DNA from: Promethearchaeota archaeon
GTDB lineage: Archaea > Asgardarchaeota > Lokiarchaeia > Sigyniarchaeales > SOKP01
DNA: 16,984 nt
Direction of reading: 5' to 3'
NCBI GenBank assembly: GCA_008080735.1
Contig: SHMW01000091.1
Span: forward strand, 1 to 16,984
Shown: in pieces, positions 7,783 to 16,445 of the stretch
How positions within the stretch are numbered: the stretch's first letter is position 1
Layout of the letters: each line of letters opens with the position of its first letter
Position numbers and translations under genes: made by a program
The notes under the pieces: generated by a model
The model's input: only the letters and a program-made list of their open reading frames with translations
What the model was told of the DNA's origin: nothing
The model's database searches: none

Positions 7783-8430
7783 TTAAAATATTAAAATTAA
7801 GATATTAAATAGCCCATGTGCGGTTATATTCTGTAATATAGAGTAATCCGTTACATAATACAGAAGAGAGAGTAATATTCCCAATATGAAATAATATCCG
7901 AAAAAAGTAATAATTGTTATAAAAGGTATGATAAACGGAGGAGTATGATATAATGTAAATATTAGAGAGGAGATCAGCAAACTGAAGAAAGGTTTGAATT
8001 TTTTATTAAATTTTTTAATAAGAAATGCCCGGAAAAAGAATTCTTCAGAAAAAGCGACCACAAAAATTTGAAGTAAGAGAATTATAATAAATTGCAAAAG
8101 AGTTGGTTGAATAGGAGTAGTTAAGATCCTATTTTCTTGAGCATTTTTAAGGAAGATCTCTCCAAATACATGTCGAATTATCAGAATATTTAAATCATAT
8201 ATAAAACCTCCAAAAAAAAACAACCCAATCCCAAAAATTAATCCTAATATCAATAATTTTGTTTGATGAATATTTATCCTTGCAAGTTCATTCGCTCCCA
8301 GTTCTTCTAATTGAGCGGAAAGAGTATTTCGCTCGATCTTTGAGGCGATCCAGGGAGGAATAAGGATTAATAATAGTTCAAATAATGTTAAAATGATCAA
8401 TGTCCATGGATTATCACCAAGAGCAATCAT
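7783..8430 (-). CDS. CPBP family intramembrane glutamic endopeptidase (type II CAAX protease/Rce1-like)
   Basis: Several hydrophobic helices; EEFFFRA, FTLYH and AHGLFN motifs. Confidence 0.88.
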   Translation of the reverse strand: MIALGDNPWTLIILTLFELLLILIPPWIASKIERNTLSAQLEELGANELARINIHQTKLLILGLIFGIGLFFFGGFIYDLNILIIRHVFGEIFLKNAQENRILTTPIQPTLLQFIIILLLQIFVVAFSEEFFFRAFLIKKFNKKFKPFFSLLISSLIFTLYHTPPFIIPFITIITFFGYYFILGILLSLLYYVTDYSILQNITAHGLFNILILIF

Positions 8431-8513
8431 AAGCTATTGAAAGGATCTTTAATAAATTAAAAAATTATCATACTCATAACAATAAATATCGAAGGTTTTA
8501 TTAATTAATCCTA

Positions 8514-9791
8514 ATGATTATAGGACGCGATTATCTAAGTTCGGAAAAGAATGCCGAAAGTGAAAACTTAAATCTTTCAGCAATCGCACATTTAGGACGT
8601 ACAAAAGAGGATTTACTTTTTAATCAAATAGAAAATATTGCGCTGGAATGCAAAGAGGTAGAAAACCTAAAAAATCAATTTGCTAAAGCAATTTTAGATA
8701 ATATAAATGAACTGACGTTTGATGAGTATATTAACCATCCCAAATATTACATTAAAGAACCCATATTAAAAAATGAAGTTGAGATCTCTAATATCCGCGG
8801 ATTAAAAGTGGTAAGTGTGGATGGAAGTTCGGTAATTAAGAAATTTCTCAACGTTGATATATCCTTCCTAAAAGCGATAGCTGTTAAATATTATTTTTAT
8901 GAGAATACAAATGCGAGGATTGATTATTTTCCAGATTTCAACGGATTCAATAATTATGATCTTCATATCAATTTGATAAATAAGGATGATAATTATATTG
9001 ACACTAACTCCTCACTCGATATGACTTATATGGAGATTCATATTTTAAACGAGCTCATAGAAGAATCGCCAAATATTGATTTGATCATAATTGATGGGTC
9101 GGTGGTAATTATGCCAATTCACCTTATATTTTCTAAAGATCCAAGAATTAGTGATAAATATGATTATGTCTTACAAGAGTATAACAAATTGTATCAAAAT
9201 TGTCAGAAAAATGGTATAACTCTCGTAGGCTCAATTAAAGACACAAGATCTTCTGCTTTAAACCATCTGTTAAGAGATTCAATTCAGCTTTTAAAACCTA
9301 ACTCAGAATATTTGAGAGAATTCATAACCCTTAATTATCGAGAAACGATGAATTTCTTTTCAGATCTTGATCTTTTCAATAGGATTTTAAGAAAAAATGA
9401 TCGTAGTTGTATTTTTAATTGTAAAACAGAAATAGACAAGATAAGAGATACTGGGATTAAAAAAGAAATTCCTTACTATTTTCCTTTGAGTTTTTATGCA
9501 TTCTATTTGAAAACAACCAAATACGATATGCCATGCAGAATTGAATTTTTTATGGATGAAAAACACAATATCAAAGAAGCTTCAAGGAAGGCAGATATGA
9601 TAAGTTCAATCTTATTGCCAATATCTAACTTAAATGAACATTATGGCCTTCCAATCCCCCAGATTGAAGCCCATAAAAGAGCGGTTTTCACAAATCAAGA
9701 GATAAATTTGTTATTTAATAGTCTAAGGCGAAAATTAAATGGTTTTGGGATTGATTTGGTGGAGAAAAGAAGAAATCGACGACCGTTTTAA
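8514..9791 (+). CDS. nurA: NurA-domain nuclease
   Basis: VSVDGS and IIIDGS catalytic Asp motifs, LVGSIKDT, RIEF, GLPIPQIEAHKRA C-terminal motif. Confidence 0.8.
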   Translation: MIIGRDYLSSEKNAESENLNLSAIAHLGRTKEDLLFNQIENIALECKEVENLKNQFAKAILDNINELTFDEYINHPKYYIKEPILKNEVEISNIRGLKVVSVDGSSVIKKFLNVDISFLKAIAVKYYFYENTNARIDYFPDFNGFNNYDLHINLINKDDNYIDTNSSLDMTYMEIHILNELIEESPNIDLIIIDGSVVIMPIHLIFSKDPRISDKYDYVLQEYNKLYQNCQKNGITLVGSIKDTRSSALNHLLRDSIQLLKPNSEYLREFITLNYRETMNFFSDLDLFNRILRKNDRSCIFNCKTEIDKIRDTGIKKEIPYYFPLSFYAFYLKTTKYDMPCRIEFFMDEKHNIKEASRKADMISSILLPISNLNEHYGLPIPQIEAHKRAVFTNQEINLLFNSLRRKLNGFGIDLVEKRRNRRPF

Positions 9792-10426
9792 GATACTATT
9801 TCTGAACGATTAAGAAAGAGATCTTCGAAGAAGATATGGGTTTTTTTTAAAATTGTGTTCTTAAACCCTAGTTGAGAAATACGTTCATATAATTTTTGTA
9901 GATTAGTTTTAGAGGAACACACATAATAGATACGGGTTTTATGTTCTTTTCGTAAGAAATTTCTTGCTTGTTTTAAAAAATCAAGGATAACTTCAAAACC
10001 TTTTTCTCCTCCATCCCACGTGTAGTCTTGAGAATTATTTCGTTCTAAATTTCTATCCGATACAATAGAAGGTAAATAGGGAGGATTAAAAAAAATGATA
10101 TCAAATCTGTGTTTTAAGTCTGCAGGGAATGATTTAAATAAATCGGATTGAATAAATGTAATCTGATTATTAAATCTGTTGCATTTTTCATTAGCTTTAG
10201 CAGAATCTATCGCATTCTGATCAATATCAGAAGCATAGATATTTGCTGAGAAATTTGGATTGGCCTTTTTTACTAACAGAAGGAAAATCGCAACAATTCC
10301 AGATCCTGTACCCATATCTAAAATATTATTAACATTTTCAATTTTAAGAGAGTCAAAATGAGTGAGCGTTATATGGTTCTTTAAATAATCTATAATTAGA
10401 TATGAATCGTCAGATGGAGAATACAC
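9788..10426 (-). CDS. hemK: HemK/N6AMT1-like (PrmC) protein-glutamine methyltransferase; true start may lie upstream (about 10468)
   Basis: VYSPSDDSYL, ILDMGTGSG (SAM binding), IFFNPPY, WDGGEKG; last gene of the conserved archaeal cluster. Confidence 0.88.
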   Translation of the reverse strand: MYSPSDDSYLIIDYLKNHITLTHFDSLKIENVNNILDMGTGSGIVAIFLLLVKKANPNFSANIYASDIDQNAIDSAKANEKCNRFNNQITFIQSDLFKSFPADLKHRFDIIFFNPPYLPSIVSDRNLERNNSQDYTWDGGEKGFEVILDFLKQARNFLRKEHKTRIYYVCSSKTNLQKLYERISQLGFKNTILKKTHIFFEDLFLNRSEIVS

Positions 10427-10463
10427 ATCCCCAATCGTGAATTTAATCTTGGGATCTGAGAAT

Positions 10464-11327
10464 TTAATGATTAATCTCCCCCAATTCAGTCAGGTGATAT
10501 ATTTTTTGGGCTAATTCCGGAAATTTATCAAGTTCTAATTGAAAAGTTTTTCCATCTTTTAACTGGATCTCCTTCAAGATTCTTTTAATCTGATTTTTAT
10601 CACTATCAGAGTACCTAAATCTTTTTAGGAATAATCCTATAGCATTTGAGAGATTTTTATTCTTATAGGGCATTATTCCCGCAATAAATTTTAAGAAGAA
10701 GTCTCTTGTTGACTCTTCTTCTAAAAAAGGAGGGAGTTCTTTCTTGGGTTTAAGTTTTATTAAGGATAAATCAATTTTGGGTCGAGGATAAAAAGAATTC
10801 TTAGATATTTGAACCCTTTTAATCGGATTCATAAAAGAGTTTACACTCACAGTAATACGCGAGAAATTATGATATTCTTTCTTGTAAAAAATTCTGTCCG
10901 AAATACTTTTTTCAATGACCAAATTGCCATTAGGTGGACTTGATTTAAAAAATACTTTTTCTAATAGGGGTCCAGTGATAGAATAAGGGATGTTTGAAAC
11001 TATCTTATTATGTGGGGGCAGTTCCGCCTTTAGAATATCTTGATGTATAATTTGTACATTAGGTCTTTTCGCAAATTTATCAGAGAGATACCTATATAAG
11101 TTAGCATCAATTTCATAGGCATATACGTTTTGGGCAACACCACTTAGCTTCTCGGTCAGTGCACCTAATCCTGAACCAACTTCTAAGATAATATCATCCT
11201 CAGAAATATTGGAAAACTCTATAATTTTAGAAGTGGTAAGCTCATTAATTAAAAAATTTTGACCTAAGTGTTTTTTAGGAGAAATTCTAAGATTTTTTAA
11301 AATAGATATTACGTCTTTTTTATTCAT
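10464..11327 (-). CDS. rsmA: 16S rRNA m6,2A dimethyltransferase (KsgA/Dim1)
   Basis: KKHLGQNFL, LEVGSGLGALT, YEID, VSNIPYSIT, FYPRPKID. Confidence 0.95.
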   Translation of the reverse strand: MNKKDVISILKNLRISPKKHLGQNFLINELTTSKIIEFSNISEDDIILEVGSGLGALTEKLSGVAQNVYAYEIDANLYRYLSDKFAKRPNVQIIHQDILKAELPPHNKIVSNIPYSITGPLLEKVFFKSSPPNGNLVIEKSISDRIFYKKEYHNFSRITVSVNSFMNPIKRVQISKNSFYPRPKIDLSLIKLKPKKELPPFLEEESTRDFFLKFIAGIMPYKNKNLSNAIGLFLKRFRYSDSDKNQIKRILKEIQLKDGKTFQLELDKFPELAQKIYHLTELGEINH

Positions 11328-11338
11328 ACTGGAATGAG

Positions 11339-11986
11339 CTACTCGTACCTTTTGGTCTTACTGAAGATATAATACTTCACATCTCTTTGGAGCTCTTTTA
11401 TAATTCTTAAAGCGATTTGTTTTCCGGGATTACTGATACTTGTTCTGTCGGAAATATCTTGAAAAGTGACAAATTCTTGTCTATCCCGTGCTTCCAATAT
11501 TTCCCACATGTGTTTTTGTCCAATTCCGGGAATGAGTTTTAAAGCGTGAAGTCTGGGGGTTATTGATGTAGAATTGTTGAAAAAGCGAATAAATAAATCT
11601 TCATAATTATTTACTTCCGTTTCCAATACAGATTGAATTAATGCCTTAGAAGTATTAGTTAAATCATCATAATCGATTTTTCTGACAACTTCTTGTAATT
11701 TATTTGCATTTCTAAAATTTTCATAGGTGTCCTTTTCTTGGACTTTAATATTTGAATCTCGATTGTATTTAACTTCATAAAGAACAAAATCAGGAAAAGT
11801 GAGAACTTGTGCGAGAGGGGCTCGTGCCCAACTGGGTTTTTCGCCACTGACATGTCCATGTGGCATCAGATCTAAGATTATCACATCGCGCTCTCGTTTG
11901 ATAAACTGTCTTTTTTTGCGAGGACCCTTTCGATAAGAGCCTCGTCGAGGTTTTCCTCTGTATCGATCTCTTGGTCTTCTGTTCAT
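11339..11986 (-). CDS. DUF655 family putative nucleic-acid-binding protein with Arg-rich N-terminal extension
   Basis: ILDLMPHG, YDDLT, FFN…SITPRLHALKLIPGIG (HhH-like); canonical position between rpo4 and rsmA. Confidence 0.88.
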   Translation of the reverse strand: MNRRPRDRYRGKPRRGSYRKGPRKKRQFIKRERDVIILDLMPHGHVSGEKPSWARAPLAQVLTFPDFVLYEVKYNRDSNIKVQEKDTYENFRNANKLQEVVRKIDYDDLTNTSKALIQSVLETEVNNYEDLFIRFFNNSTSITPRLHALKLIPGIGQKHMWEILEARDRQEFVTFQDISDRTSISNPGKQIALRIIKELQRDVKYYIFSKTKRYE

Positions 11987-12167
11987 CTTGTTTACCCACT
12001 CTCTTAATCCATTTTAATGTTGTATATCCCATAACTATTATTAATTATTTAAATCTTCGATTAATAGAAAGGACGTCATTCTTTAATTAAATTATCTATG
12101 AATATAAATTCTTCGACTAATTATATTCTATCTCTCTAGATTAAAAAAATTATATTTTTATTAAACT

Positions 12168-12533
12168 TTAAGACGACTTCAGATCTTCGATTTGGTAAAG
12201 TATTTCTTGCAATTGGTCATCGCTCAATGATTTACCTGCATAACTTTTTTCCAAAATCATTCTTAATTCGGGTACTGTCTTCGGATCAACATTTACTATA
12301 TTAATAGTATAAATTTCTTCAATATCATATTTATCCATCAAGAAATTTTTAATTTTGACCGCATCTTTTTCAGAGAGTTTTGAAAACTTATTTACATAAT
12401 TAAAAGTAATTTCTTGAAAATGCGATAATCCTTCTTCTGGGTCAATTTCTTCAATTCTCTCCTTTATGTCTTCCATCATTTTATTGACCTCAGGTATGGA
12501 AACCGATTTCTCGTCTATTTTTCGCCCAAACAT
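12168..12533 (-). CDS. rpo4: DNA-directed RNA polymerase subunit Rpo4 (F)
   Basis: VSIPEV…LSHFQEITFNYVNKFSKL…IVNVDPKTVPELRMIL; synteny with rpl21e. ATG at 12533 preferred over GTG at 12542 because GTGAT there is SD-like. Confidence 0.88.
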   Translation of the reverse strand: MFGRKIDEKSVSIPEVNKMMEDIKERIEEIDPEEGLSHFQEITFNYVNKFSKLSEKDAVKIKNFLMDKYDIEEIYTINIVNVDPKTVPELRMILEKSYAGKSLSDDQLQEILYQIEDLKSS

Positions 12534-12575
12534 TTGAATCACAATAACTCGTATTTACATATACAATTACTATTA

Positions 12576-12878
12576 TTATTTAGAAGCAGAATTTAGTCGT
12601 AAATGTTCTCTCCCAACTATGATTGTCTTCTTTGAGTTCCCAAGCTTGACATCCACTTCAAAACATCGACCTCGTATACCTGTAATAACACCTGTCCGTC
12701 CATGATATCGTCTATGAGGGAGGCCTCTCTTTTGTTTAGAAGGATCTCCAATAATATCGACCTTATACCCTATTTCATAATCAATCAAATATTTATCTAT
12801 TGACCCTATTCCTCGTTGTCGAACTTTCTTTCTATAAATTTTTCGCGTAGAGTTTCGGTATCCTTTATTTAAAGCCAT
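12576..12878 (-). CDS. rpl21e: 50S ribosomal protein L21e
   Basis: KGYRNSTRK, GLPHRRYHGRTG, EHLR. Confidence 0.96.
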   Translation of the reverse strand: MALNKGYRNSTRKIYRKKVRQRGIGSIDKYLIDYEIGYKVDIIGDPSKQKRGLPHRRYHGRTGVITGIRGRCFEVDVKLGNSKKTIIVGREHLRLNSASK

Positions 12879-12980
12879 AGTTGTTCGATCCTTATAGTTT
12901 ATTATTTTTGTATATGTACTATAATTTATTTATTTTGTGGTTTTTCTCTTTTAGCCTATATATTTTAGTTTTTAGCCCGA

Positions 12981-14342
12981 TTAGTATTCAATATTTATTA
13001 CATCCAATTCTTCACAAAATAATTGCATATTGAAAATTTCGGTTAAAGAAGGTGAAGTTCTTCCCTCGTCTCCATTTATCAATTCTTTTATGTATGTGCC
13101 TCCTTGAGTTTTAATTTGAAACTCGTAAAGATCGGGCTCTAAATAGACACCTTCAATTTTGTAGATTCGTTTTTTGCGAACTTTATCTGCTCGACGATGA
13201 GATACTCGATTGGGAGTGCGTTGATCCAATACTTCTTCCCCCATGGTGTCCTTAACGAGGTTCATATTTTCTTGGAAAGTAGATTCATCTATATTTTTTT
13301 CCCCTCTGACCAAAGCTTTATAGGTTTTTTGTGTTCTTTCTGACTCTTCTTTTATGATTACAACCTCCTTTTTATCACTGTATCTTAGATCATTGATTTC
13401 GACCTGGCCTTCATTTAAGGAATTAACTTTTCTTCTGATTGCTTCCAAATCTAAAGATCTCCTCTTAGGGTTGATGAGTTCCAAGACAAAAGGTCTCCCA
13501 GACCCTAGCATTCTTACATCAATATCCTCTCTTCCTGCTCCATGAAATTTAGATCCCTCTGCTTCTGCTGACTTTATAAATTCTGGACTTATTAATTCTT
13601 CAACACTGGTTTGATATTGCTTACCCGTAAAATCGCAATCTTCACAGCCCTTCCCATTACATTTTCCGCAAGGCCATCTTGTTTGAGGAATTCCTCGGAT
13701 TAATTTTTTATATCGTCCATAAATAAAAAGAGACCTAATGAGTAAGCGAACCGAACAAGAATCATATCCGACAGTATATATTATTGTGATATCGGGATAT
13801 TGAAACTCCGGTTCCTTTTGAAGGTTTTCAGAAAGTATTTTACCTATTTCTCTATTGAAATGGGATTTAAACGATTCTGCCTCAATTAATTGAAGTTTTG
13901 ACTTGAATTTATCTTCCTTATTAACTATTTCAGCTTCGGGACTTGTACCCACTAGTAAAGTTTCAAATTCAATATCAGAGAGCTTTTTTTGGGCTTTTTG
14001 CGCATAATCTTCTAAATTCTTAAAGATATTTTTACATAAATAGCATTCTGATTCAGTTTTTTTTTGAAAAACTGTAAATCCCTCTTTTTTCAGGACTTTT
14101 AGGGCCACATCATAGTTCGCATTCTTGCCAAGTATCTCTAAATGTCTAATTGCTTGCTCTCTCTCATTTACAGCTCCAGATAATAATTTTTGGTGGTTTT
14201 CCATTGTTATTGAAAGGAGTAATGAGGCACCTCGTTCTTTGTTGGTGGTATTCGTCCCCAATAAGGAAAACATCCTCCCTAAACACGGATTACAGAGGTA
14301 TCTGTGGGTGTAAATCTCTAATACTTTCTCGAAAATACTCAT
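12981..14342 (-). CDS. pus10: tRNA pseudouridine(54/55) synthase Pus10
   Basis: LCNPCLGR…CYLC Zn site, GRYKKLIRGIPQTRW, FHGAGREDIDVRMLGSGRPF catalytic motif, QRTPNRV, GGTYIKELI. Confidence 0.96.
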   Translation of the reverse strand: MSIFEKVLEIYTHRYLCNPCLGRMFSLLGTNTTNKERGASLLLSITMENHQKLLSGAVNEREQAIRHLEILGKNANYDVALKVLKKEGFTVFQKKTESECYLCKNIFKNLEDYAQKAQKKLSDIEFETLLVGTSPEAEIVNKEDKFKSKLQLIEAESFKSHFNREIGKILSENLQKEPEFQYPDITIIYTVGYDSCSVRLLIRSLFIYGRYKKLIRGIPQTRWPCGKCNGKGCEDCDFTGKQYQTSVEELISPEFIKSAEAEGSKFHGAGREDIDVRMLGSGRPFVLELINPKRRSLDLEAIRRKVNSLNEGQVEINDLRYSDKKEVVIIKEESERTQKTYKALVRGEKNIDESTFQENMNLVKDTMGEEVLDQRTPNRVSHRRADKVRKKRIYKIEGVYLEPDLYEFQIKTQGGTYIKELINGDEGRTSPSLTEIFNMQLFCEELDVINIEY

Positions 14343-14501
14343 TAATAGATGAAATAGTTTTTGATACTTTATCTTATTATTGCTTTTGCCTTCTAATGCT
14401 CATTTTAAAATCAAAATTTAAAAATCAACATAGATTTTTCTATTTAAGTTTACTAAAACATAAATGAAAAATATAATAAGAGTTAATTAAGGCGGTTTAT
14501 T

Positions 14502-14747
14502 GTGGCTAGTAATGACGTACAACAAGGTTTCGTGAAGTGGTTTGACTACAGAAAGGGTTATGGATTTATAGCGGTGAAGGATCAAGAAGAAGATGTTTTT
14601 GTTCATTATTCGAATATCGATATGCAGGGCTTTAAAAAACTTGATCAAGGCGATGAAGTTGAATTTGAATTAAAGGAGAATGAAGGCGAAGAAAAGGGTC
14701 CAGAAGCTCTGAACGTCAAAATAATTGCGAAAGATCGAAGATTTTAA
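14502..14747 (+). CDS. csp: Cold-shock domain protein
   Basis: GFVKWF, KGYGFI (RNP1), DVFVHYS (RNP2), GPEALNV; GTG start with GGCGGT upstream. Confidence 0.95.
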   Translation: MASNDVQQGFVKWFDYRKGYGFIAVKDQEEDVFVHYSNIDMQGFKKLDQGDEVEFELKENEGEEKGPEALNVKIIAKDRRF

Positions 14748-14767
14748 GGGCATAGTTGATATATTTG

Positions 14768-14875
14768 ATTTAATTTTTTTATTTCTTCTTTTTTATTAAT
14801 CGTATTTATAATTTAATCAATCCCTTGTTAATTTCTGCTATTTAAAAAGAAATAAGTAGAATAAAAAAAAAGAAA
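14768..14875. terminator. Putative bidirectional T-tract terminator region between convergent csp and MFS genes
   Basis: T runs on the + strand after csp (about 14774-14797) and an A run (T on the - strand) at about 14863-14871 after the MFS stop. Confidence 0.35.
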
Positions 14876-16246
14876 TTAGATTTTGATTTGCTTTTCCCAC
14901 TCGAAATCCAAGGTCACGTATTTTTTCGTATAGAAATATGCGATGATTAGAACGACCGAAGCGATAGGACCCCATAAAACCATTCCTATAGAATATGGTG
15001 TGATAGTGGGAGTTGGATTGTAATTAAATGGAATCTCAAGAATTATACCAATAAGAAATACTCCAGCAGCTTGAAAAATATTTAAAATAATTGATGGAAA
15101 CCCCGTATATATGCCTGCTTTTAGATCTCCAGTCTTTTTCTCATCATCCTCAGCTACATCAGCATAAACAATATAAGGAAATAAAAACCATCCTCCAAGT
15201 ATAGCACCGATGCCAATTATGAAAATGATTCCAAAAATGAGATATGATGGCATAGGAATTAATCCAACTAACGTAATGGGCAGAAATGCGGCTGCTATAA
15301 GAAACACATACAGAAGAGTAGGCTTCTTTCCATTTTTATCAATAGATCTTCTCCATAAATAGAGAAAGATGAATATAAATACTAGTAGAAAGACTGCTAC
15401 GATAAGATAATCTGTCCCCCCTAGATTGAGTGCTTCTTCGGTATATTTTAACATTGTATTCGTAATCATAGTCCAAGCCAACCCAGAGATACCAACCATA
15501 AAAATAATCAGCATAAAGTTTTTATTCTGTATAATTCGTTTGAGATTTTCGATCATATTTGTCTTTATTTCATATTTAGGCTCCGTAGGTAGAAAAAAAG
15601 CGACTAAATAAAATAATACAATAGTAAGTATCCCAAATATGATAACAGGCAATGAAAAAATTATTGGAATCGCTGTATTGATATCTGTTTCTAATTTTTC
15701 CACGTAATCTGTTAATATAAGTAATGAAAATAAAGACATTATACCATTTCCAATATAATTAAAGGTGTTCTGAATTTGTGAGACTTTGGGCCGTTCATTG
15801 ACACTAAAAACTTCTGCCATCCATGCTTGATAGGGAGTGGTCACCGCATAACTCGCCCTAAATAGAATATCCCATATTAATAACCATAAAAAAAGAGCAG
15901 TTTTATCATTTAAATCTGGGAGTATTAATTTAGGAAGTAAGAGAAATATTATAGAAATTCCTAAGATGGGGGCAAAGATAAAAAGATATGGTTTTCTTCT
16001 GCCAAATTTCGTATATCTTGCGTCACTTAGCCAACCAAGTAGAAATTGAGATGCTGCGATGGTTAAATACCCCATAGCTAAAGCAAATCCTGTTTGAAAT
16101 TCATTTAACCCATAACCTGTAGTATAAAGGGTAAAGACTGCCCACCCTTCTATTCCCAATATGATGGATGTTCCTAATCTCGGCATTCCAAATAAGAAAC
16201 GGTCTTTCGATCCTGTTTCGCGTTTTACTTCCTCGAGTTCACTCAT
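14876..16246 (-). CDS. MFS transporter, glycoside-pentoside-hexuronide (MelB-like) family
   Basis: About 12 hydrophobic segments; GWLSDARYTKFGRRKPY, PYQAWMAEV…ER, YADVAEDDEKKTG…AGIY motifs. Confidence 0.88.
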   Translation of the reverse strand: MSELEEVKRETGSKDRFLFGMPRLGTSIILGIEGWAVFTLYTTGYGLNEFQTGFALAMGYLTIAASQFLLGWLSDARYTKFGRRKPYLFIFAPILGISIIFLLLPKLILPDLNDKTALFLWLLIWDILFRASYAVTTPYQAWMAEVFSVNERPKVSQIQNTFNYIGNGIMSLFSLLILTDYVEKLETDINTAIPIIFSLPVIIFGILTIVLFYLVAFFLPTEPKYEIKTNMIENLKRIIQNKNFMLIIFMVGISGLAWTMITNTMLKYTEEALNLGGTDYLIVAVFLLVFIFIFLYLWRRSIDKNGKKPTLLYVFLIAAAFLPITLVGLIPMPSYLIFGIIFIIGIGAILGGWFLFPYIVYADVAEDDEKKTGDLKAGIYTGFPSIILNIFQAAGVFLIGIILEIPFNYNPTPTITPYSIGMVLWGPIASVVLIIAYFYTKKYVTLDFEWEKQIKI

Positions 16247-16314
16247 TTTAAATCGACTAAAATTTTTTGATTAGATATTAAATTTGTATAAACTTAGGTC
16301 AAAAAAGTTTATAA

Positions 16315-16445
16315 TATTTCCTAATAGATCATTATTGAACTACCAAGCCCTTAAGGGCGTGGATTCGTAATTCATCGAGAATTGCTGACCTAACATCAGT
16401 CTTACATTCTCTCCAAACGCATTAACCGTAGTCCCTACGGCAGAC
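16315..16445 (-). ncRNA. Predicted TnpB omega/reRNA (3' scaffold plus guide); 5' boundary uncertain
   Basis: Stems within the tnpB 3' end: CCGTAG-GGA-CTACGG (16426-16440); GAGAAT…CTGAT/GTCAG…ATTCTC (16377-16411); right-end hairpin (16343-16362). Guide would follow TCAA. Confidence 0.65.

Noticed and set aside
12051-12122. Imperfect palindrome around GACGTC and a TCTTCGAyTAAT direct repeat in the rpo4-DUF655 spacer
   Set aside because: Imperfect, only two copies, with no CRISPR-like periodicity or RNA-gene hallmarks.
13635-13672. CGKCNGKGCEDC extra Zn-ribbon in Pus10
   Set aside because: To my knowledge present in many archaeal Pus10 proteins, so not novel.
9788-14342. pus10-rpl21e-rpo4-DUF655-rsmA-hemK gene order as a new system
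   Set aside because: Well-known conserved archaeal neighbourhood.
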